From Phoronis australis (Eukaryota; Animalia; Phoronida), in the NCBI GenBank assembly GCA_002633005.1, contig NMRA01000119.1, positions 797,950-861,949 on the forward strand: DNA of 64,000 nt, given 5' to 3'. Below are positions 24,701-39,700 of the stretch, piece after piece. The translations under genes were made by a program, and so were the position numbers. Below the pieces are notes generated by a model that was not told where the DNA came from, did not search any database, and saw nothing but the letters and a program-made list of their open reading frames with translations. Numbering within the stretch: position 1 is the first letter of the stretch; each line of letters opens with the position of its first letter.

Positions 24701-27700
24701 AATTTCGTAACGCTAAATGATCTAAATCGACTGCTGATTTTTGTGATAGAAGAGAAGAATTTGTTAGAAGATCCATGAATGAACGCTTGACGTGACATTC
24801 ACAGCCCTCTTCTGGTACACAGTGAGTTGCAGACGACCGATCAACTACGACACCGTCATCTCTTTTTTATATTACCAGTTTTGAGTTAACATAAGCTTGA
24901 ACAGCAAAATTTACCTCACCTGTTCGGTCAAATAGATTGAACTTGTACTCAATATACTTTTCCAGCCAGTTGGGTATTTTTTCGTCTTCTTCTTTCACGT
25001 CCAATCTTTGCCGGTGATATCTAGTCCACAACGCCAGCTAGAATCAGAGTGAAAAGACAAGCTCTGTAGATGCAAGACACTTGGGAGTCACATCTTCGCT
25101 TATATAACGGATGATATTTTTACTTAAGCTTTTCCTCGTAACTCAATATTTTAGCATCACTAACCAATCATTTTAGTCCTGGCATCCATTTTGTTGGCTA
25201 GTGTGCACGAATAAGGTACCGAGATTACTCGCCAGATCTGACACGCCTGTCTCCCAAGATTTTGCTTGCTGTTGTGCTTTTACCGTAAGAAACTTGCTGA
25301 CTGTTCTGGCCTGCTCGATGTGTTAAAAATCGCTTTGTGCCACAGATATAATAAATGCCTATGGCACGAAAAAAAAAAACATCAACGCATACCCACTCGT
25401 CTGCTGATACTTTATCATCGAAATTTTCGTCTGCCTTATCTTGAAGCTCCCGCCAAATTTCTCGAAATATGTCCTGCGCATGCTTGTACTTCGGCGTATC
25501 CTGCTTCCACCCACTCATCTTACAGACTTTCTAAAATCGGAAACGCACCTTTTTAGCCTTTGGGGAAAATGGGTAAACGATTAGAGCATTCAGATGAACA
25601 ATTGGTTTTCAGGCTATTGATTGAAGATTTTTTTGGGTGCTCTGTCATCTTGCAGTTTCCATGACACCACTTCACGTTGTTCGCAATGAATGTCATTGAT
25701 GCTGAGACGTTCCTTGTATTCAACTTGGTCTATGCAATCAAATTAGATATTAGCCAAAACAGCGTTTTGCACCATACCCAGCCTCGTTCCTCGCTGCAAG
25801 GAGGAAGTAGAAATGTAGCATGCGGACCAATGTAGCACACAACCCAAGGAATCGAAAGGTTGTATACTTTCATGAGACTGTTTTGTTGAGTACAATAAAC
25901 GTCTCAATGACTTCGATAGTTGTGAAATTCTATTTAACACTGGGTCACGGTGCATTCCTGTTACTAGTTGCGTCTTCAAACAGCAACATTTCAATTACAC
26001 AGGAAAATCAGTATCTTCCATTTCAAGACACACTTCCTTTTGCTCACTGACTAAATCGCAACTTAACAACCAAATTAACGAGATTCTTACTCCTACGAAA
26101 CTCTATAAAGATCCGTGTGAAAGTCATGTCACGTTCGTATGAAACACTTGTCAAATATCCTGAAAAATGATAAGGAGATACCGATGCGGACGCAAAAATG
26201 CCACTAGACTGTGCCGCAGCCGTGGTATTCTCAACAGGATAGCATCTGCCAATTTAAGTAGGTAGGGTTGCTTCTTTAAAAGGATACTAAACTCTGTTTG
26301 ATGATTTTAACAAAACATCGTTCTGTCACATGCTAATGCATCATTGACGTCAATCTTGAGAGGTAAAAGCAGGAATCAACTAAAAAAAATCATACCCCAT
26401 ATTTCACAAAATTTTAAGCGGTGTCGAGGGTTAGAAAGCATTGTTTCGTTTCAGAGAACTGGACCAGAAAATCGTTATTAGTATCTGTTAATAAGCCAAA
26501 ACCGGGTTTGGTATCCTTTTAAATGGCGCCTCCACAAGAGCCTGTCCCTTTTTGAAGTTGTCCCGTAAAGAGGCGCTGTAGTCATACTTACTTCCCTGGC
26601 AATTTCGAAATCTTTCCACTCTAACTGACCATCTTTATTGACGTCTGAAAATAAAACGGTTTCCGATATTATTTTTTTCATTTGGTGCCGGGCGACGATT
26701 AACTTAAATCTTATTTTCGTAATGAAATATGCAAGTGTTTAATGATTATTTTTTTATTGATCACGTTTTCTGCACCTGCTGTTGTAAAATAATAAACGTC
26801 TTGGCATTACCAGCTTGAAATAATGGGTCCTTATCTATTATGCGAAATAGGTTTAGAAATACAGTTGTTAACGCATCGTCAAATACTACGTGTTCCCACG
26901 TTTTTGTTGACATGAATATTCCCACTGTGGAAAGGATGCCGTCTTAGGATATAGACTTTACACGTTTCGGGATGGTAATTAAATTTTCAGTTCTAACACG
27001 TTGCCAACATTCGGATGCGACTTAGGAAAAGGGAGATCCGTAATCCTTTGTGATTCCTTCGACTGACTAACCGACATTGAGATAACATGACAAAAGATGG
27101 GGAAAAATCACAGCACTTGGTCAAGCATTTCGTGGACTTGGTGCCCCACCGTGATTAAGTCAACCTGATGCTCGATCACGTCGGCCTGCATGGTGGTATA
27201 CGCGGTCAATTTTGGTACTCCAAATAAGTTCGGAACTTTCACAACATTCCAACATCTTCCCGGAAGCGATGTGGTCACTCTAACCCGGCTGTGGTCATTT
27301 TTAGCAACGAGGTCATTAACTGCGACGAGTTGCTTTGAGCTGTTTTGTCACACATTTGTCTCTACCTCGTAGTTGCAGAGAGAACACAATTTGCAAGCGA
27401 ATTGACATCATCGCTTACAAAACTGGTGTCAGAGACGTTATCACCGCTTCACCACATCTGAGTGGCGACTTAATGATGTGAGCAGTGGCGCCGGGGTGGT
27501 CGGTATTAATAAGCGACGAGTTAAAATTATCAAGAGGTTATTATTTTTTAGGACATTATTTTTGGCATTTTCCGTACTCACGATAAGTGTCTGTTCTTAT
27601 GTGCGCGAGTATATTATGGTTTACGTAGATAAGCGTCTTGTACAAGTTTGTTCTTGATGACTTCGATTCGAGTTACACAAGCCAGTAAAACTACCTTTCG

Positions 27701-30700
27701 AGTTCAGACTCGGACTTGTAACTTTAATGCATGGGTCGTCGAGTGCAAAATAGGATTAGGCAGCCACGCACGTAAACTATAACGTTTGCATACTCGAGCA
27801 CAGAATAATAGACACTTGAGTTCGCACAAAAGTAGAATAAAAAAATGTTTAAAAAAGCTTCAATTCTGAGTACAATGAGTAGACCTCGGGCTCAGGTCGA
27901 CCACTATGTGGACGTGATGGATCACCACGTGCGCCACTACCTCGTTGTTGTGAATTCTTTGTTGTGAATTCTTTCCTTCATTTGCTACCACAAGTTGTCT
28001 CCTTTGTGGTCCCTTGGTTACCATACCCTCTTTCCGCAGACTGTGAAACCGGTGACGTCCAGACCTATATTTCACATTTCGTTAACCGATTCGACGCCGA
28101 TACTTTTGAGACAATTGCAGCCACGACATGAATTCCAGTATTGATATATCTACTATATGCAGACACCTTTGGAAATTAATGGCTATGTTTCACTAATTGC
28201 ATCCTGTTTAAGGCGACATGCATTCGTGTGTAGCCTTGGGTTCTCAGCGTAGAATGTTATTATTACCACGATCTGTCGATGTGAAGTCAATCAAACTGAA
28301 TGCGCACAAGGCTTGGATGTGCATTACTGCGAAATGACATCCATTTAATTACAGCAATTTCATGAGTTCTGGACAGGGCTAATTGCTTATGGAATAACCT
28401 TTTTACTGCGTAGGTCAGCTACAGAACGTAAGCAAATGGACTACATGGATATATCGATATGAAGCTAGGCATTTATGTACAGGACCAAGTAAATGGACTA
28501 AATCGAAATAATACTGTTTTAACTTATTCTTTTTTATTGTATCAACATTTAAATTTTCTAATAAAAATTAACCAAATAAGAGTAGTAAATAAAGTCCCTG
28601 TTACTCATGCCAACTTCCGTGAAACCATTTCATCAAAATCGTTTATAACGACGTGACAGCGATTTTTTTTGTGAAAATAGCTTCCTTTTCGGTGTGAATA
28701 TTGACTTCTAGAAAACCTGAACAACAACTACACGTTTGAACTACATGCCCTTTTACCGTAGAAAAGCAGGGAATTGTGTCTATGACTTTTTTATTTACCC
28801 TCAAACAGAGATACAGCCACCTTTACGCCCAAAGTCTTCATTCTTGACGACCAACATCTTCGTTATCAGAAGGAAAAGTTAACAAATCTAAGAATATGCT
28901 CCCTCGGCCATAGGACATAAAATAAGTGTTCTTGACAATCTCATTTGAATCGAACCAAAGAGAAACCAAGGCTTAAAGTGCTGGAAGCTCTGAAAATCAA
29001 AAGGCTTGAATTGACCGATAAAATTCTGCACGTACTTGAAATTCATTGAAGTCGTTTCCAACAGCTTGTATATTTGATGCATAGATAATGCGTTTCAAAT
29101 AGTGTTATGAGTGGTAATGAAAACTATATGTAATGTGAGAATATTGAATTTTTGAAAAGAAAAACTTCCCACGCATATGTAGGAAGTCCACAGCGGCAGC
29201 CAGCATTTTGGTCTAGGCGAAAACATCTATTGACCTCCAAACGGTCAAATTCATCGTATCAGTACGTATGTCATTTGTTTTGAACTCTGTGTTTCATTAT
29301 GGAAAATTCTAAACAAACTACTCAGGTACCAAAATCGAACGATCGTTCCAGGTGCAATACTCTGCGAAAAGGCAACAGTCCTCTCGCACGTTCCCTTTTT
29401 TATTCACATGACTAACGTTTGCCACGTACCTTTGCACCGCCCTTACTTGACAACAAATTTCAATGCCATGACACCAGGAATTTCCGGTGTATACGCTAAG
29501 TTACTGCGCAAACCCGGGTAGAGATCAGTAACGCTAAAATCTAGTCAAAATATCGTGTTCTCATTTAAAATACACGGCAATATTTAACGTTATCTCGCTA
29601 AGTCTTGATTTTTAGTGAGGTCTTAGTGTTACTTAACTCTACCCCGGTCTGCTGCAGGAACGCCATTTTTCTTAGGTACCTTTATTTATTCGATATTTCG
29701 TAGTTTGTTACTTTCTATTGCTTGTGTAGTCCTACTTAGTTGTTTAACATTGTGGCTTCCAAGTGGCTTGTGTGACTACACCTCAAACTTTTCTTCCTTC
29801 ATGAAAGTCAGTTCATGGCCACATAGTACTAGACCCTCCAGATACTGAATTCCACAATGTCAGAAATACCCCGTGTGCGATATTTTACGAATCATTGAGG
29901 TTACGTTCACAAAGACGTTTCGTAGACGCAATTCACACTCCCGAGTAAAGCTTGTTTTGTCACATGGCTCAGTTGTAATGTATGGCGATATCTCAAAAGG
30001 AATTTGCTCTACGCAACGCAGTCCTGGGCTGTGTTCCGTAAACTCAAGAATTTCGTGAAAGAAATGTAGTGATGGGCTTAGGTTTCAATTAAAACCACTA
30101 TGCTGCTTTATTAATGGCTGACTGGAACTCCCGAGAATACAGTCAGTGTAACCTAAAAATCATATGACGTAACACTACTAAAAGAGGGTGCTACCACAGG
30201 AAGATAGTGTGATCAGTTGCTTCGTTTACAGTGCTACAAAAGGTAGCAGGGGCGGATACAGGATTTTGAGTTAGGGTGTAATTAAAAAACAGAGCCTTTA
30301 ATTTAGTCAAAACAATTGGGGACTTAGTCCTTAAATTAGGGGCGTTTCATGAAAAGATCCCAATTTATTTTCGATAACATTGAGAATTCAACTTTGAGTT
30401 CACTATCGATTTGTATCAAAGCCAAAGGTTGACTTAGTAGTGAGTTTAAAATAATATAAGAAAGGACAGTCGGTGTCTTCGTAAGTCCAGAAATACGCAG
30501 TACTTAGATTTAGGGAACTCAGTGGCAGCCGGGCACAGTTCCCTGAGGAGATTACCATCAATTTCAACTTCATGTAACTGTGCCGTTGAGGCCGGTGGTA
30601 TGGAAGTTATTGCTCACTGGATAGCAACGTTTACGTCGCATTATCGTGCGTCACGTAGCTAATGCTCAGCAATGCACGAGACATGCAACAACCAAACTTA

Positions 30701-33700
30701 TCCAGTCCATAAGATCTTTTGTGTGAACTCAAAATAACTGCCTGTTATTATGCGCTCGAGTACATTTATAGTTCACACGGATGATCGTCCAATCCTACTT
30801 TGCGGCACTAGATGACCTCACCACTAAAGCTATAATTCTGCGTCTGAACTGAAATCCTGAGTTTTACTGGACTTTAGCTCAAATTTAGGGGTCATAAAGC
30901 GCGAACTTGGATTAGACACTCATCTACATATGACATGACATTCTCGAGCAAAAATATAGACTCTTTCCTTGAGTTCGTGTAAAAGTAGTTAATGGAAATG
31001 TCAAAACAACTTTGAGTTCGATTTTGAGTATGCGTACAATTAAGGATAGGGAAGGAAAATGTGGGGCCACCTTACTTGGGTGGTGTAGATTCCGCCAGGA
31101 TTTTGACTGACGGCTTAACTGACCAATCAGAACGCAACATTCTTGACACACCTTCGCCTCCGTTTCCAAGCCGCCATTTTATCCGACAACCGTCACGTTG
31201 TCAGTGACTTTTCACAACGAGGCGGAGCTTGCGATAGGTGATGGTCATGGGTAGCTAAGAAATTGCGGTAGCAGGAGTTGAAAATGCTGCTGCGATCTGT
31301 AGGGGGAGGGGATAGCTCAGGATATAGGGCTCGGAAAAAACAAAACCAGGCACCGATCAAAAGCATAAAATCGAGAACAACCGAGGGTCATAAATTACAA
31401 ATGAGAGGGCAATGACTATGCACTTAGCCAACCCCGAATTCGAAACAAATTCTTATACGCTTTTAATATTGCAACTCGCACTGTTAAAGCAAATCAATAT
31501 CAACACTGCGTCGAGCAACACGGAAAACCTCAACTGACGATTTCCCATAAAAGTGTCTGAATCATGTTCACATTTTTTGAAAACATTAAGTGGCAAAGTA
31601 ATTTCCTTGGTAACATATCTCATTTCGTTTAACCCAACATTTGACCACATGATTTAAAAAACGATAATTGTTTTCTGGTGAAGCGTATCTTTACCTGATC
31701 ATTTCCGACTCCGTGGTTCTTATAAAGGAGGGCAAACAAGTAATGAGAACTTTGTGAATATTTTTTTTAAATTAGCAAAAGTCATTAACTGCCAACGATA
31801 TTATACTGAACCCTGATTCGAACGTTAATAGCTGCGTGCATTCTAAGGCCATCGTACACCACTGACTTATCTACTCAACTGCATTATTGAAATGTAATAT
31901 AACCTCCTGGATTTCTTGCTGCCTTTAATCTTGCAATACGATAATTGGGAAAACCCAGTTTTGGCCGCAAAAATACGTTTGCTATTCCAACATCATAATG
32001 ACATATAGAAGCATATTTGTCATTTCATTACACTGGATATTTATTCCGTGTGTAAATTACTATGGTAACATGAACATTTGTGTTTGTTTCAAGTTACAGC
32101 ATGCAATAAAGTACAAAATTTAGCAGCAATAGTCCTATATATCCACACATAAACTCTCTGTCGACCACTGTAAAATGATTGGGTACATGTACCAAGACTG
32201 CCCCCNCACCAAGACTGCCCCCCCCCCCCAAATGTACGCCCATCGGCGCCTACTGATTATAAGCCCATGGGCTTACGTTCGCAGCCAAAATCATAATTTT
32301 CAGGCCGGTTTCCCAAACACAACACCATTAAAGAATGTGTTATTCGAACACAAGGCTTTATTCATATTTCAGTCGGTCACCGTTGCATTCAATTGTTTTA
32401 GACACCCGTTTTTATCAGCATGATGCCTTTTTTAAGAACGTATATGCAAATAGACACATACTTTCTAAGACCTATTTTATGATGCTTTTTATCTTTATAG
32501 CCTCAGTTTACAAAAGTACGACCGGGCCCAACCTGGAGAACCAGAAAAGTGCGCCGAGGGATTCACTATCAAAAATTCCCGGCAGTACAAAATAGTATTT
32601 CGTGTTGAATTATTTGAAAGAAAACCATTGTACACCAATTAAACTACTTGTATGGGTACACGGTGTTGTGAAACACTACAAAGCAGCTGTAATCCCGCTT
32701 TCCATCACAGAAACCAGCCTCCCGTTCAGTAACGCTAGGACCTCGCTAAACTCGCTGGTTCCCTGGATGCCGCTAGGTGGCCAGTAGCCAGCACGCAGGT
32801 ATCACTTAATTTTCCTCGGGAATTGTCTTTACCCCGGCGTTTCTGATTGGCTAGCCGAATTCTCAACAATTAAAGCAGCGCTTTACGCAAACAAACTGGC
32901 ATGAGTGATGGACTGAAGTGTAAATGTGGTCTGTTGTACAGACAAATCGGTGCTTAAAATTTATGTTCAGGAAATGTGAATCCTAGAAATTGTGATTGCG
33001 CCTTTTCGGATTGCATCTTTCTACTGTCGATGACGAACTATTTGCTGCGACGCCACTTGCATGAAGGCTAAAAATCGTTCGCAGTCCGCCATTTTTTCAC
33101 GGTAATGTAAAGCTAACCAATGACTGCTGAGGTTACATCAACCAACTTGAATGCTAAAGCGCATGCCAGTGCGTGATACCTGCGTCCTGGCTGGGCACGC
33201 TAGGGAACAGCCAGCTCGCTAAAAAGCAAGACTTCGCGAGATTACGTGAGATATTGCTGTGTATTTTAGATAAGATCACGTGGCTGTGGCTGGATTTTAG
33301 CTAGGTCTTAGCGTAGGTCCTAGCGTTACTGAACGCACGCCAGCTTTTTATTTAGATCACTTACCTTTTCGTAATTGGTCTCAAAATTTTCCACTCTAAA
33401 AACTGGTGGGGTTTCTGGACTTCGAAATAACTGACAGTTTGTTACTGCTTGAGGTCACACGGCCACACGGCGTTGACTTGTCACGTCGTGTTCCTCAAAC
33501 AATAACGGACTGTCAGCTCTTTATAAGCCCAGAAATCACTTCTCATAAAAGCAAGTAACAAGTTTGAGACCAATTTTTGTCTAAGTCATACTTTCGCTTT
33601 TTGGATTTTGAGCCGAACGTGGGTTGATCCTGGCAGCTGTCGCTTTCGTATTATTCAGCCCGCAAAACGTGTACATAATTGGTCAATGACGAGGTTTCTT

Positions 33701-36700
33701 TCAAAGGAGTAATAAAACCCGCATGTTCTGCCAAAGAAATCATTGTTGCTTTCGATCACTAACCGTTATCAAATTGGCTTCTTGTTCTTTTCTCATATTA
33801 GAAATTATTTCTAGACCTGATAATTCCACAATGTTTCAGATCAGGCTCATTGACTGTTACGCCAGTTTGAACTCTGGGCGTACTCTCAAACAGGAGATGA
33901 ATGTTACGTGCCGCTCAGAACGGTGGCTTTATCACGACCAGTTTCCCAACGAAAGGCAGAATGGAGAATCTTGACCAAGTACCTTGTCCTGTATTCTACA
34001 GCTGCTCACGTTACACACGTGGCCAAAGGTCACGACAGTTCATGAACCAGAAAGTGTATGTCCCTGATGAGTGGTGACTGTCATATTGTGGAAAAAAATT
34101 TGTGACTGACGTTGAATCAACTTTTTGTTTAAAAACCCCTTTTGTAATAATTATAAATAACATATAAGAATTAAGAAGAAAGCGTTCAAAAAATCTACAA
34201 AGCTGTTGTGGTTGCTCGGCCTAAATGCGGGTAACGAACGTGACCATGGTGATCAGCATCCAAGGCGGTCAAATAAGCCGATTTTTGCTGTTCAGTCCTC
34301 TAATTTTCAGCAAACTCTTTGGTCAATACTTGTCACTTAACGTTCATCCAATGAACTCTATATGATAAATCATTTCACCATGTGGTAAATTTGAACGATA
34401 TACTGAGTCTTGGAGTTGTGGCGGAACACGAGTGAATAAGTGTCCGTATTTGAAGCCAGATGAATCAGGATAATGAAAATTAACCCTTTGTGCCAAAAAT
34501 GCATAAAGAGCTTTGATAATTCGCTTTTAGTTGTAGTTGTTGATATTAAACATTCTATAATGTCGCAAACCTTTGAGGAAGCATGTGCCAACATAACAGC
34601 TTTTAAAGCGGCTATAAACCCATTGACGTTCAGCCCGAGATTTTGGCACTGAACTCACCAACCATCACGAAATAGCTCACTTACGAGTTTCTCGTTAGTC
34701 AATGTGACGTCACCGGAAGGGGGGTAAAACCCGTCATATTGTTCTTGTTTTGCCCCGAGTCTTTGCTACACGCGCTAAATCTTACTGGAGTTCTTATGGT
34801 GTATTTTACGTTTAAAACGTTAACACAACTTAAGAGGTGGTAGATGGATTGTGGAATAAACTGTGAATGGACGAAGAAAATGTGAACTTGTTATGTTGTG
34901 CGAAGGTGTGAAGGGACTGAAATTAGAACTCAACCCGCCTCCCGTTCAGTAACGCTAGGAACTCGCCAAAAAGCAAGACTTCGCGAGATTACGTGAGACA
35001 TTGCCGTGTATTTTAAATAAGAACACGTGACTTTGACTAGGTTTTAGCTAGGTCCTAGCGTAGGTCCTAGCGTCTACTGAACGCACGCCCAGTCTAGGCC
35101 TGAATGCCGCGGGCATACAGGGGCGATAGTGTATCCCCATAAAAAGTAACTCACTTCAAAATACAGCAAATAAAATCAAATAAAACATGCATATGTGCAC
35201 ATGGAGTTATAATTAATACATACCCTGATACTGGGTACAATTTAGTCTACGAATAACTTGAACATATCCATGGAAATCTCGCGGTTCGCTGGAGTTTCTC
35301 TCACTTGGCTCCATTTTGAGGAAGTTACGTGACGTCACAGTTAAGTCTCTCGTAATCTCGCGTTATTGTTATGAACTCGCAAAATGACTATTGATCTCAA
35401 AGTGCTTCTTAGTCATTATAGTGGTTGACCTAGAAATGACTGTGAGACGTTAGCAGTTGTAGAATATATAGGTCAATGTGCTTGGTCAAGATTCTTCATT
35501 CTACCTAGGAACCAGTACCAACGTCGGAAAGGGTGTCTTTTCTGACGAAACAATGCCCTACGAACTTCGAGATTTCAAAACTCTACGAAGGATTCCTTTT
35601 TCCAGCTAGACTTCAAAAATCTATACAGAAATGTAATTAATATTATGTTTTAGCTTGACAACGGGAAACCAGGTCCCAAGCTTGTCGCATGAAGATCGGT
35701 AGATAGGCGTATCCATTGTTCACTTCAAGTTCGTAAAGATAGGTGATAAACCATACCACGCGCTTACGCTCGTCGCATTGATCTCGCAAGTTAAACAATG
35801 CCTTGCGACCTCCATACGACTTTATTTGGCATAGCTTCTCGTCTTGTGTTGTTTCGAGCTAAAATAGTTTACAATTCAGCTTTCCAAGAGTCCTTACGAA
35901 ATGGTTAGGTTAACGGGATTAAACCCTTACAAAAGGATGATATCTCAAAATCTTATGAAAGGGTGACTTTTTCGTGAAAGTTCCATACAATAGAGTTTTT
36001 TTTTCTACACCACTTTCTTCCTTTATGACAACTTCGTACGCTCAATTTTGGAGCCGATGACGTCAGTAAAAATTGAGTGATTTGGAATGATAGTCCTGTT
36101 TTCATGAAGTCCCCCTGGGGTCAGTATTCATGCCGTTGGTTAGCATTCGATACAAACAAAAGCAAGACTTTAAGTCATTACAATGGCACACTATTACTAT
36201 CGCCTATAACAAGAGATCCCAGGAATAGTTTGAAAGTTTCTGTGCCCAAACACCCCTGCAGTATTCACCTAATGATAGCATAAATTCAATATAAAGCGCT
36301 GTTTTCTCCGTTTACCCAATTAGACCAATTTCTATTTTATTGTCGGGTCTCCATAAAGAGCAAAGTAAAAATCGGCTTGTTAACTCAACCTGATTGTCTA
36401 TCACTATACTGCGCACGCGCTGCGCAAGCCTAACGCTAAACCATGGACTCGTGTATTCGAAAACTGACCAATCACATAGCATATTCGAAGCGTAGCACAC
36501 GATTGGTCAATTTCCGAGTCATGTTTTGAGCAAAATTCAAAATATTTGATTCAAGATTGAAGCTTTTCTAGTCTTGGTAGTCATTAAGTTTGTGTGATAT
36601 TGTCTATACTTGAGTAACATTTCCTAACATTGAATTTTGAACAAATTGTGCTTTGATAATCGTAACAAGGAACGGTCAAGTAATCTTAGTAGTTTTATTT

Positions 36701-39700
36701 ACATTAGAATGTGCGAAAACGAGTATGCGCTGCACTGGAGGGTGTAGATAGCCCTAAAATATAATTCGGGGTGTTAGAATAAGTATTGAATAAGTAATTA
36801 GCACAGTTTCATTTAAGTTGCCCAAAATTTGTGCATATGTACTTTTAAACCATGGGCTCATATTTGTTTACATATATTTTTGACGTCAAGATCTATATTA
36901 GATGATGTTTACTACTTTGGCTCTGGGGTCAAAGCACTCTAAAGATTCTAGAAATTTCCGAGAGCAAATCGTAACAGCCAATGATGTGATTAGATCAGAT
37001 CATGTGTTTTTTATTAGTCAATCGTTAAGTAAGTACATTATTATAGTTTAGGCAGAAGTCTTGAAAATACTCAGATGGGATTAAGTAGTTGAAGCTAGAA
37101 GACTTGCTACAATGTACATAAGAAATTGTGCAACAGAGCCATCTCGTGGAATATTCTAAAGAAGATCTTGGCAAGGGCAAGGGTCAACGAACAGGAAGTT
37201 AACTAAGAGCTTGTCACTTGCATCGTGGGTAAGTAGTGGATACTGACTATACGTGTTGCGTCACGAGAAACTGTGACCACCAAGAGGAATCGTGGGTAGA
37301 AGATATTGCCTACAAGTTTTGCGTCACGAAGGACTGTGACCAGCAAGTACACTGTCGCCGTACAGTGTGTGTTTGTGTTAGTTTGAAGATTCACCAACAG
37401 GACTGCCATCCAAGATGTGTCGAGTCCTCCAGCTTGGATAGCAGATAAGACGTTTGTTTATTTATAGTTGATTGATTGAAGTAATCCTTACAGAGGGCGC
37501 TAGCGTAGTTACTCTTCTTCATAGTTAGATTACTTAATTAACAACAGGTTTCACTTCTCTTAATTAGTGGTTATCATACAACAAATTGATTACTGGATTT
37601 AATCATTCTCTCTTCATCTACACACAATCTCAAAGCATAGCTACCTTTTAAACAAGCCCACAGTCATCATCTGACACGGGGTTTTACCGAAATTACTGTA
37701 TTTCATACACTCGAGATACGGTTCATCTAATTATCCTTAGAATAGGTCACTCGCGGGATAAAATCTCCATTTTGTAACAACCCGAATAAGGCCTCCAAGT
37801 GGAAAATGAGCATGAAATCTTACAAACCTCAAATCCCGTTGTGCTGTATTAGGTTTGTTAGCACCACGGTGCCAAGAGATGTGGGACAAAAATACACCTT
37901 GTACTTTTCTCGCAAATTCCTATTTCCAAAACTTTTTTTAACTGATTACAAGGACCTTGCTCGGCTGAGCGATGATTTGCCTTAAAATGTTAAAATTGCT
38001 TTATAGATTTTTGTTTTGTTCCTTTCCTTGTAAACTAGGACAAAACTGTACGATGGTTAAGTGCCCTTCTGGTATTGCCGTGCGTACGAGTATATTAGCT
38101 ATCGCTACTTAGCCTCGAGTTTGTTAACGACAGCGCGGAGTTGTAATTAAGTGGTTCTTTTGTAGCAACAATTGGCGCATTTCCCATGGACGGAAGATTG
38201 AAGAACACTTGAATTAAATTATATCTATACACGCACGTTGAATGTTCAACTTACTCATACGCAAGTATGGTATAGAAAAGTGCGATATGGTAATTTAATT
38301 TCAGAACTTGTTTGGTGATTCATGTTCATGCATTTTACCATACGTTTGATATTTTTATACGAGATTTGCCAAATAAGCGTTTTTATGTGTTTGCATCTAT
38401 TTCGCCGATGAAGCAAAAAATCATTGCGCATGCGCAATGTAAATCCGACTAGTCATCTCAAGCTACTTTCCGTACTGTAAGAGTGAGACACTCGCGAGAC
38501 ACAAGTTCAGGAGAGATTGGACTATGGAACGGAACCGTGAATTTTCTCTTATGACTCATAATTACAGCCCTGTCGACCATTTCAATGGTGGCCATTTCCC
38601 TAGTCTACATGCAAAATGGCATGTTTACTGGCAAAACATTCACCTTTCACTTACGTAATTTTAGTGATCTTGCTTTTCTCGCAAGTTACTTGCTCTACAG
38701 AATTCGCCTCAGGTAGCATTAAAAAATTACATCAAAACGTAACATGTCTTTTCAGGGAGTAGCTGACTGTAAAGTTACAGTCGAATACGGGAGTCGTTGT
38801 TACGATCATTTGGAAATTGAAAAACTTTCGCGCCTAAGCACAGTGAATGATATGCATGTCAGATTTCAAACCGGTTAGATAATTAAGAAAACCGTCGCTG
38901 CAAACACCCGGCGGCAAATCAATGAGTATCGAGTGCCCAGTGGAGTTAAAAGTCAATTCTATTTCGTGAATCTATTTTCATGCGCATAGCAGCGTGTTTA
39001 TTTTAACGTGTTCGACAGTCAAGGGTTAGAAGAATGCACGCTTTCATGGAATGGTACATACAGCGTTCGAAATACACGCTGGTCCGGTGGCCCGGGGCCA
39101 GTGTATTTGCTCCAGAGCCAGTAGACTTTCACATATAGGCCCTATATGGATTTGGTCTCATATTTCATTAACTGGCCCGGCGGGCCAACACATTCATTTG
39201 CTGAAGCATGGGCGGCGCAGCACTGAAAAAGTGGGGGCTGTAGCCCCCCTCCCGAGTCCCCTATGGTGCGTCGCCCATGTGAAGGTCGAACACTGGGTAT
39301 ATATAATAGTTGAAAATTTAACGATCTGTAGCTATGCAGTTACCAAGGACGTTGACTTTGTTACAGTTACTTAAAAGTTTGGCATATGAACCTATAAGCT
39401 CAGCAAGCCAGAAACATCAGTTGTTCTTGGCGCATATGTGAGAACATTTTTGTATCAACTGATTGCAATCAGAAAAGCTTCTTCGATGAGCCGCGGGTAG
39501 TTAAAAGCCGTGTACCAATAAGCAATCTAGATAAACTGTTATTGGACATATAATACACTGGATTTAATCAAAATAATGGAGATTGGCTGAAGGGTTTGTT
39601 CGTTGTAATTTACTCTGCCGAGTAAAAACATTTTCTCCCTGTTTTATGCCAGCACAGTATTAACGGTAATATGATAATAAGTATTATTTGCAGCCTACAT

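Noticed and set aside
29770-29850. Minus-strand HELTFMKEEKF resembling calexcitin exon 1 (YELSEFMKKKL), considered as an alternative first exon
   Set aside because: It lacks the LHEFHTFF continuation and a good phase-1 donor, and has no suitable in-frame start upstream of the motif. Likely chance.
32190-32230. Direct duplication accaagactgccccc around a single N
   Set aside because: The duplication straddles the N at 32206, typical of a contig-join artefact. The ORF 32175-32423 crossing it is not trusted.
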